Under the pieces are notes generated by a model, which did not search any database, was not told the DNA's origin, and was given only the letters and a program-made list of their open reading frames with translations. Position numbers and translations under genes: made by a program. From Breznakia sp. PF5-3 (GTDB lineage Bacteria > Bacillota_I > Bacilli_A > Erysipelotrichales > Erysipelotrichaceae), in NCBI RefSeq assembly GCF_029504745.1, contig NZ_JAQFIQ010000021.1:1-32000 (forward strand): 32,000 nucleotides of DNA, written 5' to 3'. Shown piece by piece: positions 8,171 to 17,169 of this stretch. Position 1 is the stretch's first letter. Each line of letters opens with the position of its first letter.

Positions 8171-8947
8171 ATGAATGAAAAATATATCGTAGAGTTTAAA
8201 AATGTAGATAAAATCTATAAATTAGAAAATAAGAGTAAACGGAGATTTGCTCCTAAAAAACAATTTTATGCATTAAAGGATGTATCCTTTAATATAAAAA
8301 AAGGAAGCATTGTTGGTATTTTAGGAACAAATGGTAGTGGGAAAAGTACTTTATCGAATATTTTGGCAGGGATTTCATCACCAACAAATGGAAGTGTTAG
8401 CATTCGTGGAGAACAAGCACTTATTGCTATTAAAGCTGGATTGAATAACCAATTGACAGGATTGGAAAATATTAAAGTAAAAGGGGCCCTTTTAGGATTG
8501 AGTAAAAAAAGAATTCAAGAGATTACAGAGGGTGTTATAGAGTTTGCTGAATTGGGGGAATTTTTATACCAACCAGTAAAAAAGTATTCTAGTGGAATGA
8601 AATCCAGATTGGGATTTTCAATTTCAATATGTCTTGATCCAGATATTATTATTGTTGATGAAGCACTATCTGTTGGAGATAAAGCTTTTGCAGCAAAATG
8701 TATGGATAAGATGAATGAACTCAGAACCACAGGAAAAACTATTTTCTTCATTTCCCATTCAATTAATCAAATACGTGAGTTTTGTGAAGATGGTATTTGG
8801 ATTGAAGGTGGGGAATTAAAAGCACAAGGAAAAATGCAAGAAATTGCAGATTTATATGAAAATTATGTAGAAGACTTTAAAAAGAAAAGTAAGAAAGAGC
8901 AAAAACAATTCAAAGAGGAATTGTTTGAAGAGAGGATCGTAAAATGA
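8171..8947 (+). CDS. tagH: Teichoic acid ABC exporter ATP-binding protein
   Basis: Walker A GTNGSGKST, ABC signature YSSGMKSRLGF, Walker B IIIVDEALS. This is the TagH/TarH-type context. Confidence 0.88.
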   Translation: MNEKYIVEFKNVDKIYKLENKSKRRFAPKKQFYALKDVSFNIKKGSIVGILGTNGSGKSTLSNILAGISSPTNGSVSIRGEQALIAIKAGLNNQLTGLENIKVKGALLGLSKKRIQEITEGVIEFAELGEFLYQPVKKYSSGMKSRLGFSISICLDPDIIIVDEALSVGDKAFAAKCMDKMNELRTTGKTIFFISHSINQIREFCEDGIWIEGGELKAQGKMQEIADLYENYVEDFKKKSKKEQKQFKEELFEERIVK

Positions 8948-9342
8948 AAACAGTGATTACATATGGAACATATGATTTATTTCATGTAGGTCATTTAAAT
9001 ATGTTGAAAAGAGCAAAAGAACTAGGTGACTATTTGATTGTTGCTGTTTCTAGCGACCGGTTTAATAAAGAAGAAAAAGATAAAACATGTTATGTTAAAG
9101 ATGTTGATCGTGCAGCAATAGTAGAAGCAATTAAATATGTAGATAAAGTAATTTTTGAAGATTCTTGGGATCAAAAGGTTGAGGATGTTCAAAAATACAA
9201 TGCGGATGTCTTTGTCATTGGAGACGACTGGAAAGGAGAATTTGACTTTTTAGAAGAATACTGTGAAGTTGTATATTTACCTCGTACAGAGGGAGTAAGT
9301 ACAACTCAGATAAAAGCAGAGCTAAAAAATCAAGGGGAGTAA
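8944..9342 (+). CDS. tagD: Glycerol-3-phosphate cytidylyltransferase
   Basis: MKTVITYGTYDLFHVGHLNMLKRAKELGDYLIVAVSSD carries the HxGH motif, and the 132-aa size is typical of TagD. The start overlaps the tagH stop (ATGA). Confidence 0.92.
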   Translation: MKTVITYGTYDLFHVGHLNMLKRAKELGDYLIVAVSSDRFNKEEKDKTCYVKDVDRAAIVEAIKYVDKVIFEDSWDQKVEDVQKYNADVFVIGDDWKGEFDFLEEYCEVVYLPRTEGVSTTQIKAELKNQGE

Positions 9343-9346
9343 TACT

Positions 9347-10579
9347 TTGAGAATCATTAGGAGAACAAAAAGAAAAATACGGAAAACACTACGGAAAATA
9401 ATGCGATTTATTAGACGGTGTGTTACTAAAATTTCAAAAATCATTTATAAGAAAATAAATCCAAGAATTTCTGTAGATGATAAAACAATTATTTTTATTG
9501 CTTATCATGGGCGCGGATACGCATGTAATCCAAAATATTTGCATAAGTATATGATGAGTCAAGAACGATTTAAAGATTATAAGATGGTGTGGGCAGTAAA
9601 AAAATTTAAGATTACCAAAATCGAAGGTGCTAAAATCGTTCGATATAATGGATTAAAATATTTCTATTATATGTCTAAAGCAAAATATTGGGTTATTAAT
9701 TGTAAGATGCCAAAGCATATTGTTAAAAAACCAGAACAAGTATATTTACAAACATGGCATGGAACACCATTGAAACGTTTGGCTCATGACATTCAAGTAA
9801 AAGAAGATACAACGTTCTATCGTAGTGAAATGTCATTTGAACAAATGGCAAACACGTATGATAATGATGTTAAAAAATACAATTATATGATTTCACCAAA
9901 TCATTTCAGTACGAAAGTATTTCAAAGTGCATTTCGTATTGATCGCAAACGTTTGATTGAAACAGGGTATCCAAGAAATGATTATCTGACAAATATTACG
10001 CAAGAAGAAATAGAAGTATTAAAAGAAAAATATCATATTCCTGAAGGAAAAAAAGTTATCTTATATGCTCCAACATGGCGAGATAATACCTATAATGCAC
10101 GTGGATATACGTTTGAATTGCAGGCAGATTTTCATAAATGGATGGAAGTGCTTGGGGATGAATATGTAGTGTTATTTAAACCTCATTATCTTATTGTTAA
10201 TAAATTCAAGCGAGATGAAGAAATTCGCGAATTTGTGAAAAATGTGCGAGCTGGAAGAGATATCAATGAATTATATGTTATCGCAGATGTATTAATTACT
10301 GATTATTCTAGTGTTTTCTTTGATTATGCGAATTTAAATCGTCCAATGTATTTCTACATGTTTGATTTGGATGCATATGCAGAAGAATTACGGGGATTCT
10401 ATTTTGATATTTATAAAACTTTACCTGGGGATATTATCAAGAATGAAGATGAACTTTTAATGAAAATTAAAAGTGGTAACTATGATTATAAACGACTTGC
10501 GAAGTTTAATGAAGAATTTAATGATTTACAAGATGGACATTGTTGTGAAAAGGTTGTAAATATTATGTTTAATGATTAG
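9347..10579 (+). CDS. CDP-glycerol glycerophosphotransferase, TagB/TagF family (410 aa)
   Basis: Family hallmarks are present: YLQTWHGTPLKRL, ILYAPTWRD, LITDYSSVFFDY. The TTG start at 9347 has aggggag 7 nt upstream; the ATG at 9401 is an alternative. Confidence 0.85.
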   Translation: MRIIRRTKRKIRKTLRKIMRFIRRCVTKISKIIYKKINPRISVDDKTIIFIAYHGRGYACNPKYLHKYMMSQERFKDYKMVWAVKKFKITKIEGAKIVRYNGLKYFYYMSKAKYWVINCKMPKHIVKKPEQVYLQTWHGTPLKRLAHDIQVKEDTTFYRSEMSFEQMANTYDNDVKKYNYMISPNHFSTKVFQSAFRIDRKRLIETGYPRNDYLTNITQEEIEVLKEKYHIPEGKKVILYAPTWRDNTYNARGYTFELQADFHKWMEVLGDEYVVLFKPHYLIVNKFKRDEEIREFVKNVRAGRDINELYVIADVLITDYSSVFFDYANLNRPMYFYMFDLDAYAEELRGFYFDIYKTLPGDIIKNEDELLMKIKSGNYDYKRLAKFNEEFNDLQDGHCCEKVVNIMFND

Positions 10580-10593
10580 AAAGAGGTGTGGCT

Positions 10594-11712
10594 ATGAAAC
10601 TTAGAAAGATGGTAATCTATTGTATTTTAAGTTTTTGTCGCCTCTTTTTAGTTTTTTATAAAATAAATCCTAAAAAGATAACCTTTATATCTCTGGAGAG
10701 TGAGGAACTAACTGGTGACTTTGCTTTATTAAGTAAAGCGTTAGAGCGCGAAGGAACATATGAATTAAATTATGTATTGGTTAAATTTGAAAAGACTTTG
10801 AGTGGAAATTTAAAATATTTATTTGTTTGTATTAAACAATTATTTGAAATTAACACATCAAAATTGGTTATCTTAGATTATAACAATTATGTAGTTTCAA
10901 AGTTTAAACGAAAAAATGTAAAAGTTTTACAATTGTGGCATGCAACAGGTGCAATTAAGAAGTTTGGAAATGCAGTAAATCGGGATTATCTTATTTCAAA
11001 TTATGATTATGTGATTAGTAATTGTGATTATTTTGTAGAACCTTTTAGTGAAGCTTTTAATGTAAGACCAGAACAAGTAAGAGTGACCGGTATACCTAAG
11101 ACAGATCGTTTGTTTGATCGAAAGCGAATTCGTAAAGATGTTCGCAGAATGCAAAATCGTTTTCCTCAAATTATAGGAAAAAAAGTTATCCTTTATGCAC
11201 CTACATTTAGAGGTCGGTTAATGAAAGGGTTTCAAGATGGATATATTAATTTAGATAAAATTCAAGAAAACCTTGGCGATGATTATGTTTTACTTTATAA
11301 GATGCATCCATTATTGGAAGATAAAATAATATCAGAGAACAAAGAAATTATATGTTGTAATGGAATGAGTATCAAACAATTATTCTCAGTTACAGATATC
11401 TTGATTTCTGATTATTCTGCCATTATTTTAGATTTCTCAGTATTTGTTAAACCTATGTTATTCTATGTTCCTGATTTAGAGGAATATCGTCATGAAGTAG
11501 GCTTGTATGTAGATTATGAAAAAGAAATGCCAGGACCAATCTGCAAAAATGAAACAGAGGTTATTGAGACAATTGTAAAAAATAAGTTTGATATGGGTGA
11601 TATACAAAGGTTTAAAGATAGGTTCTTTAAATATCAAGATGGGAAATCATTAACAAGAGTAATGAAATTAATAAATGAAATCATGGGTGGTGAGAAGTAT
11701 GAAAAGAATTAG
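10594..11712 (+). CDS. Second CDP-glycerol glycerophosphotransferase, TagB/TagF family (~372 aa)
   Basis: QLWHATGAIKKFG, ILYAPTFRG and LISDYSAIILDF are paralogous motifs to the previous gene. I prefer ATG 10594 (gaggtg upstream) to the GTG at 10588 in the ORF track. Confidence 0.85.
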   Translation: MKLRKMVIYCILSFCRLFLVFYKINPKKITFISLESEELTGDFALLSKALEREGTYELNYVLVKFEKTLSGNLKYLFVCIKQLFEINTSKLVILDYNNYVVSKFKRKNVKVLQLWHATGAIKKFGNAVNRDYLISNYDYVISNCDYFVEPFSEAFNVRPEQVRVTGIPKTDRLFDRKRIRKDVRRMQNRFPQIIGKKVILYAPTFRGRLMKGFQDGYINLDKIQENLGDDYVLLYKMHPLLEDKIISENKEIICCNGMSIKQLFSVTDILISDYSAIILDFSVFVKPMLFYVPDLEEYRHEVGLYVDYEKEMPGPICKNETEVIETIVKNKFDMGDIQRFKDRFFKYQDGKSLTRVMKLINEIMGGEKYEKN

Positions 11713-12163
11713 AAATGTGATTTTATCAATACTTGTAGTTTGTATCACTAGTGGTTGCTTCCTATTAGAAAATGAAAATTTAATGGTTTGTGAATATCAA
11801 CCATTAAAGGATTATTTAGATTATGAAGTATATTATTCGGATGATGAGATTACAAAGGTTAAAATTATTACGGTTATGAACTATAAAGATTTATCAAAAA
11901 AAGAATTAGAAGAAAAAAAAGATGATTGGAAAAAAATCATCAAAAGTTATAATGAAGAAGATGGGATAGATGCCGAAATACAAGTAGATTTGGCAATCAT
12001 TACAACGACAGTACAAGTCAATATTGATAAATACGATGCAATTAAGGATCCACTGCAAGTATTTAATTTAACATTTGAAGAAAAGGATTTTGAATCTGTT
12101 GAATCTTTTAGAAAAAAAGTACAAGATAATTACTTTAAATGTGATCAACTTGTAGAAAATTAA
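11699..12163 (+). CDS. Putative lipoprotein (154 aa), possibly YehR/DUF1307-like
   Basis: From the internal ATG at 11699 the product starts MKRIRNVILSILVVCITSGC (signal peptide plus a lipobox-like TSGC). It overlaps the preceding stop by 14 nt, suggesting translational coupling. The family assignment is tentative. Confidence 0.55.
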   Translation: MKRIRNVILSILVVCITSGCFLLENENLMVCEYQPLKDYLDYEVYYSDDEITKVKIITVMNYKDLSKKELEEKKDDWKKIIKSYNEEDGIDAEIQVDLAIITTTVQVNIDKYDAIKDPLQVFNLTFEEKDFESVESFRKKVQDNYFKCDQLVEN

Positions 12164-12168
12164 AGAAA

Positions 12169-12215
12169 AAAAGAAAAGAAGCACATAATTATGAGGAGCG
12201 CTTCTTTTCTTTTTG
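12169..12215. terminator. Terminator hairpin ending the teichoic acid operon (A-run/T-run flanked, potentially bidirectional)
   Basis: aaagaaaagaagc ... gcttcttttcttttt. The same architecture recurs at 17730..17772. Confidence 0.6.
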
Positions 12216-12342
12216 TGTGTGTTTATAAGGGGATAGAAATGTATGTAATAGGGATAACATACATGCAAGGTAACTACCTTGCACTATTACTATATAAAAT
12301 TGAAACCTTTCAATTATCTTAGCTTTTTGTGAAAGTATGGGA
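12201..12342 (+). repeat. Structured intergenic repeat, copy A (matches 17758..17899 without gaps)
   Basis: 72 nt are identical, then AC vs GT, 21 nt identical, one A/G difference, 4 nt (aaat) identical, then ~31/42 matches. Contains hairpin atgtatgt-N10-acatacat (12239..12264) and the 18-bp palindrome gcaaggtaactaccttgc (12265..12282). Confidence 0.9.
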
Positions 12343-12465
12343 AATGAAATTTTTAATTATGAAAAAAGTATGAAAGAAAATGGAAATCATAAAAAGTTTA
12401 CAGTGCAAGTCAGTAGAAGGCACATATATACTTTAGTATACTTGATATAAGAATGGAGTATGGAT

Positions 12466-14985
12466 ATGAAAATAAAAAAGCGAGATAATACATTACAAGA
12501 TTATAATAAAGAAAAAATTATGAAAGCGATTAAAGCAGCATTTGCAAGTCAGAATAATGATATTGATGAAACGGTGCTAATAGAAATTGTAAAGTCAATT
12601 GAAGATATTCTTATGAATGATAGAACTTTGCACAATGTAGAACACATTCAGGATTTAGTAGAAGAGAAGTTAATGGAGCATCAGTTTTATAAAGAAGCCA
12701 AAGCATATATTTTATATCGCCAAAAGCATACGGAAGAGCGTGAACTATTAGTAAAATTTGAAGCGATTGTGAAAGATGAACAATTGATAGAAGTAATGAG
12801 AAAAATACAGCGAGATTTTGGAGATGAAGTGTATTCTTTGGAACTTTTGTATCAAAAATTTCAATCTTTTATTAAAGTGGATATGAGTAAAGATGAACAA
12901 TTGGAAATGTTGATGAAAGCCAGTGCTGAATTGATTAGTAAGCAAGCACCAAAATGGGAATTTATTGCAGCACGGTTTTTAACTTATCAATTAAATGCAC
13001 AAATTGACTCACAAATGATGAAATTGAATATTCATAGTTTTGCTGAAAAGATAGCATATCTTGAAAGTGAAGGGTACTATGGAAAGTATATAAGAGAAGC
13101 ATATCAAGATGATGAGATAGCTGAATTGGAAACTTATATGAAAGAAGAACGTAATTATTTATTTACATATAGTGGTTTAGAACTTGTTGTGAAACGTTAT
13201 CTTATTCAAAATAATGATCATGATGTGCTTGAGAAAGTACAAGAGATGTTTATGGGGATCGCTATGCATTTAGCAATTCCCGAGAAAGAAAAGAAGGTAT
13301 CGTGGGCGAAAGAAATTTATGACATTCTTAGTACTTTAAAAGTAACGATGGCAACACCAACAATGTCAAATGCTAGAAAGCCTTATCACCAATTGTCTTC
13401 TTGCTTTATTGATACAGTGGGAGATTCTTTAACGAATATCTATAAGAGTATAGATAACTTTGCACAAGTATCAAAGTTTGGTGGTGGTATGGGATTGTAC
13501 TTTGGAAAAGTGCGAGCAATTGGTTCTGATATCCGAGGCTTCAAAGGAGCCGCTGGAGGGGTTATTCGTTGGATTAAGTTAGTGAATGACACAGCAACAG
13601 CTGTTGATCAACTAGGAATGCGCCAAGGTGCTGTAGCTGTATATTTGGATGCATGGCATAAAGATTTACCAGAGTTTTTATCATTACGCACAAACAACGG
13701 AGACGATCGTATGAAAGCGCATGATGTATTTCCAGCGGTTTGTTATCCTGATTTGTTTTGGAAGCTAGCAAAAGAAAATATTGATGCTGAATGGTCATTG
13801 ATGTGTCCTCATGAAATTTTGAAAGTAAAAGGCTATGCATTAGAAGATTCTTTTGGCAAAGAGTGGGAAGAAAAGTACTGGGATTGTGTACAAGATATAA
13901 GAATTTCAAAAAGAGTAATGAAGGTTAAAGATTTGATTCGTTTAATTTTAAAGTCTGCAGTTGAAACAGGAACACCTTTTACCTTTAATCGTGACCATGT
14001 AAATGCTATGAATCCCAATCCTCATCAAGGAATGATTTATTGTAGCAATTTATGTACAGAAATTGCACAAAATATGCATGAAATTGAAATGCTTCCTAAA
14101 GAGATTATCAAGGTAGATGATGAAGAAATCATTGTAGAGAAAAGTAAGCCTGGGGATTTTGTAGTTTGTAATCTAGCATCATTAATTTTAGGTAATATTG
14201 ATGTTGAAAATCAAACAGAATTAAAGCATACAATTGATGTAGTAGTAAGAGCACTTGATAATGTAATTGATTTAAATTATTATCCAGTCCCATATGCTGA
14301 GGTAACCAATCAAAAATATCGTTCAATTGGATTGGGAACGAGTGGGTATCATCACATGTTGAGTAAACATGGGATTGCATTTGAATCAGAAGAACATTTA
14401 ACCTTTGTTGATAAAGTATATGATGATATCAACTATTATACAATTCATGCTAGTATGGAATTAGCAAAAGAAAAAGACTACTATTCGTTATTTAAGGGTA
14501 GTGATTGGGATAATGGTGCATATTTTGATAAACGAAATTATACAAGTGAAAGATGGACAGAATTAAGAGCTGATGTAAAACAATATGGAATTCGTAATGC
14601 ATATCTTATGGCTATTGCTCCTACAAGTTCTACGTCTATTATTGCGGGAACAACAGCTGCGGTAGATCCAATTATGAATAAATACTTTTTAGAAGAAAAG
14701 AAAGGTAGCATGATTGCTAGAGTTGCACCAGATCTTGATGGTAAAACATATTGGTTATATAAAAATGCTCATCAGATTGACCAACGATGGGTAATTGATG
14801 CGGCAGGAATTCGTCAACGTCATATCGATCAAGCACAATCTGTGAATTTATATGTTACTAATGAGTATCGAATGTCAGAGCTTTTAAATCTATATATTAG
14901 AGCATGGGAACGTGGTGTGAAGACAATTTATTATGTTAGAAGTAAAGCATTAGAAGTAGAAGAATGTGAATCATGTGCATCATAA
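12466..14985 (+). CDS. nrdA: Ribonucleoside-diphosphate reductase alpha subunit (class I, with N-terminal ATP-cone)
   Basis: N-terminal ATP-cone (KRDNTLQDYNKEKIMKAIKAAF); catalytic-site motifs SSCFID, CSNLCTEI, APTSSTS; C-terminal CESC redox pair. ATG 12466 has better spacing to ggag than the ATG at 12460 in the ORF track. Confidence 0.92.
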   Translation: MKIKKRDNTLQDYNKEKIMKAIKAAFASQNNDIDETVLIEIVKSIEDILMNDRTLHNVEHIQDLVEEKLMEHQFYKEAKAYILYRQKHTEERELLVKFEAIVKDEQLIEVMRKIQRDFGDEVYSLELLYQKFQSFIKVDMSKDEQLEMLMKASAELISKQAPKWEFIAARFLTYQLNAQIDSQMMKLNIHSFAEKIAYLESEGYYGKYIREAYQDDEIAELETYMKEERNYLFTYSGLELVVKRYLIQNNDHDVLEKVQEMFMGIAMHLAIPEKEKKVSWAKEIYDILSTLKVTMATPTMSNARKPYHQLSSCFIDTVGDSLTNIYKSIDNFAQVSKFGGGMGLYFGKVRAIGSDIRGFKGAAGGVIRWIKLVNDTATAVDQLGMRQGAVAVYLDAWHKDLPEFLSLRTNNGDDRMKAHDVFPAVCYPDLFWKLAKENIDAEWSLMCPHEILKVKGYALEDSFGKEWEEKYWDCVQDIRISKRVMKVKDLIRLILKSAVETGTPFTFNRDHVNAMNPNPHQGMIYCSNLCTEIAQNMHEIEMLPKEIIKVDDEEIIVEKSKPGDFVVCNLASLILGNIDVENQTELKHTIDVVVRALDNVIDLNYYPVPYAEVTNQKYRSIGLGTSGYHHMLSKHGIAFESEEHLTFVDKVYDDINYYTIHASMELAKEKDYYSLFKGSDWDNGAYFDKRNYTSERWTELRADVKQYGIRNAYLMAIAPTSSTSIIAGTTAAVDPIMNKYFLEEKKGSMIARVAPDLDGKTYWLYKNAHQIDQRWVIDAAGIRQRHIDQAQSVNLYVTNEYRMSELLNLYIRAWERGVKTIYYVRSKALEVEECESCAS

Positions 14986-14998
14986 TAGGAGGAAAACA

Positions 14999-16042
14999 AT
15001 GAGCGACTTACACAAGAAGGCATTATTTAATGAGAATGGAGATAGCAATGTCTTACATCGAAGAATGATCAATGGTAATACTACCAATTTAAATGATTTT
15101 AATAATATGAAATATACATGGGTATCAAATTGGTATCGCCAAGCAATGAATAATTTTTGGGTACCAGAAGAAATTAATATGAATCAGGATATTAAAGATT
15201 ATCGAAATCTTAATGAAGCGGAAAGGACAGCATATGATAAAACGCTCTCATTCTTGATTTTCTTGGATAGCATTCAAACCGCGAATTTACCAAACGTGGC
15301 TGAATATGTTACAGCAAATGAAGTAAATTTGTGTTTAACAATACAAGCCTTTCAAGAAGCTGTTCATTCACAAAGCTATAGTTATATGTTAGATACGATT
15401 TGTTCTCCAGAAGAACGTAGCGATATCTTGTATCAATGGAAAAACGATGAACATTTGCTATCGCGAAATAAATTTATTGGGGATCTTTATAATGATTTTC
15501 AACTTCATAAAGATCGCTTTCATTTAATGAAAACAATAATTGCAAATTATATTTTGGAAGGCATTTATTTTTATTCAGGATTTATGTTTTTCTATAATCT
15601 TGGAAGAATGGGAAAGATGCCTGGATCAGTGCAGGAAATTCGTTATATTAATCGGGATGAAAATACACATTTATGGTTATTTAGATCAATTATTTTAGAA
15701 TTGAAGAAAGAAGAACCAGATTTATTCACTGATGAAAAAGTTGAATATTACAAAGATATGATGCGTGAAGGTGTCGAGCAAGAAATCAAATGGGGAAAAT
15801 ATGTTATAGGTGATAAGATTGAAGGATTAACCATGCAAATGGTTGAAGATTATATTCGCTACCTTGGTAATTTAAGGAGTACGGGTTTAGAGTTTGGTCC
15901 TTTATATGAAGGTTATGAAAATGAACCTTCTTCTATGGAATGGGTAAGTATGTATGCGAATGCAAATCTAATCAAAACCGATTTCTTTGAAGCAAAATCG
16001 AGTGCATATGCAAAATCAAGTGCTTTGGAGGATGATCTATAA
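14999..16042 (+). CDS. nrdB: Ribonucleoside-diphosphate reductase beta subunit (tyrosyl-radical type)
   Basis: Iron/radical site EAVHSQSY (E-x2-H-x3-Y), a second ExxH in RDENTHL, and a C-terminal acidic tail. taggagga-N6-ATG at 14999; the ORF-track start at 14966 lacks an RBS. Confidence 0.9.
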   Translation: MSDLHKKALFNENGDSNVLHRRMINGNTTNLNDFNNMKYTWVSNWYRQAMNNFWVPEEINMNQDIKDYRNLNEAERTAYDKTLSFLIFLDSIQTANLPNVAEYVTANEVNLCLTIQAFQEAVHSQSYSYMLDTICSPEERSDILYQWKNDEHLLSRNKFIGDLYNDFQLHKDRFHLMKTIIANYILEGIYFYSGFMFFYNLGRMGKMPGSVQEIRYINRDENTHLWLFRSIILELKKEEPDLFTDEKVEYYKDMMREGVEQEIKWGKYVIGDKIEGLTMQMVEDYIRYLGNLRSTGLEFGPLYEGYENEPSSMEWVSMYANANLIKTDFFEAKSSAYAKSSALEDDL

Positions 16043-16048
16043 GAAAAG

Positions 16049-16080
16049 AACATTGTTACAGATACTGTAGCAATGTTTTT
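16049..16080 (+). terminator. Rho-independent terminator after nrdB
   Basis: aacattgttacag-ata-ctgtagcaatgtt forms a 13-bp stem (one G-U pair) that runs into TTTTT. Confidence 0.7.
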
Positions 16081-16089
16081 AGTCTTATA

Positions 16090-16098
16090 TGGTATAAT
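16090..16098 (+). promoter_or_regulatory. Extended -10 promoter element (TGgTATAAT) for mutY
   Basis: The TATAAT ends 6 nt before the mutY ATG, and no Shine-Dalgarno sequence lies between them. Confidence 0.45.
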
Positions 16099-16104
16099 TT
16101 TAAT

Positions 16105-17169
16105 ATGCGACATAATAAGGAAACATTTACAGAAAATTTATTACAATGGTATGATGAGAATGCTCGAATATTGCCTTGGCGTAGTGAACCAACGCCTTAT
16201 CGTGTATGGGTTAGTGAAATCATGTTACAGCAGACAAGAGTAGAAGCTGTGAGGCCATATTTTGAAAGGTTTATGAAAGCATTTCCTTCACTTTATGACT
16301 TAGCAGAGGCAACAGATGAGAAGTTGCATAAGATGTGGGAAGGTTTGGGATACTATAATCGAGTGAAAAATATGAAGAAGTGTGCCATTGTTTGTGTTGA
16401 ACAATATGATGGTAAATTACCAAGCGATTATGAGATGCTATTAACGCTTCCAGGGATTGGAAGCTATACTGCAGGTGCCATTGCGTCTATTGCTTTTAAA
16501 CAGCCTGTAGCGGCTGTAGATGGGAATGTATTGCGGGTTTTCTCAAGAGTTCTTGTAAGTGAAGATGATATTTTAAAAGAAGCAACTAAAAAGAAGTTTC
16601 AAACTATTATAAAATCTTACATTCCAAAAAATCATGCAGATGCATTTAATCAAGCGTTAATGGAAATTGGAGCACTCATCTGTGTGCCAAATGCAGCACC
16701 ACGATGTAATATATGTCCTCTTGCAAAGGATTGCCTAGGGTATCAAAGTGGAAAAGCTCCACATCTTCCTAACAAAAGCCCTAAGAAAAGACGTAGAATT
16801 GAAAAAAGAAGTGTTTTTGTATTTGTTTATAAAAATAAATTACAAATTCAAAAACGCGAAGATAAAGGTTTGCTAGCAGGATTATATGAATTTCCAAACA
16901 TTAATCAACACTACACTAAAAAAGCATTAGAAGAATATGTAGTAGAAAACTATCCTATGGAAAAAATAATACCTTTAACGAAAGCTAAACATATTTTTTC
17001 ACATATCGAGTGGCATATGAAAGGGTATTTGATAGTATTAGAAAAACCAAATAAAGGTTTATTTATTACAATAGATGAATTGGAAACAATGTATGCATTA
17101 CCAACAGCATTTAAAGTTTATTGTGAAGCAGTGATACAATATTTGGAGGATAAAAATGAAACAGATTGA
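16105..17169 (+). CDS. mutY: A/G-specific adenine DNA glycosylase
   Basis: LLQWYDENARILPWR, VWVSEIMLQQTRV, an HhH-GPD region (LPGIGSYTAGAI), the 4Fe-4S cysteines CVPNAAPRCNICPLAKDC, and a C-terminal NUDIX-like domain. Confidence 0.92.
   Translation: MRHNKETFTENLLQWYDENARILPWRSEPTPYRVWVSEIMLQQTRVEAVRPYFERFMKAFPSLYDLAEATDEKLHKMWEGLGYYNRVKNMKKCAIVCVEQYDGKLPSDYEMLLTLPGIGSYTAGAIASIAFKQPVAAVDGNVLRVFSRVLVSEDDILKEATKKKFQTIIKSYIPKNHADAFNQALMEIGALICVPNAAPRCNICPLAKDCLGYQSGKAPHLPNKSPKKRRRIEKRSVFVFVYKNKLQIQKREDKGLLAGLYEFPNINQHYTKKALEEYVVENYPMEKIIPLTKAKHIFSHIEWHMKGYLIVLEKPNKGLFITIDELETMYALPTAFKVYCEAVIQYLEDKNETD

Noticed and set aside
12249-12259. tagggataaca matches the first 11 nt of the I-SceI homing-endonuclease site (TAGGGATAACAGGGTAAT).
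   Set aside because: The match stops after 11 nt, there is no endonuclease or intron context, and it forms the loop of the repeat hairpin. It is most likely coincidence.
12068-12268. Minus-strand 66-aa ORF crossing the terminator and repeat.
   Set aside because: It runs through a terminator hairpin and the end of the lipoprotein gene. It has no RBS and an F/K/I-rich product typical of AT-rich noise.
12164-12465. I looked for NrdR boxes or a cobalamin riboswitch upstream of nrdA.
   Set aside because: Only half-site-like matches are present (gcactattactatata, cacatatatac). I found no pair of 16-bp palindromes at the expected ~31-32 bp spacing, and the region is too short and lacks the B12-box. 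The best partial match lies inside the repeat that also occurs upstream of degV, so it is not nrd-specific.
12748-14380. Antisense ORFs inside nrdA (12748..12945, 13574..13909, 13833..14018, 14129..14380); I also asked whether nrdA carries an intein or intron.
   Set aside because: NrdA is continuous, and its ~840-aa length fits an ATP-cone class I alpha subunit. No intein splice-junction blocks or homing-endonuclease motifs are seen. The antisense ORFs lack RBSs.
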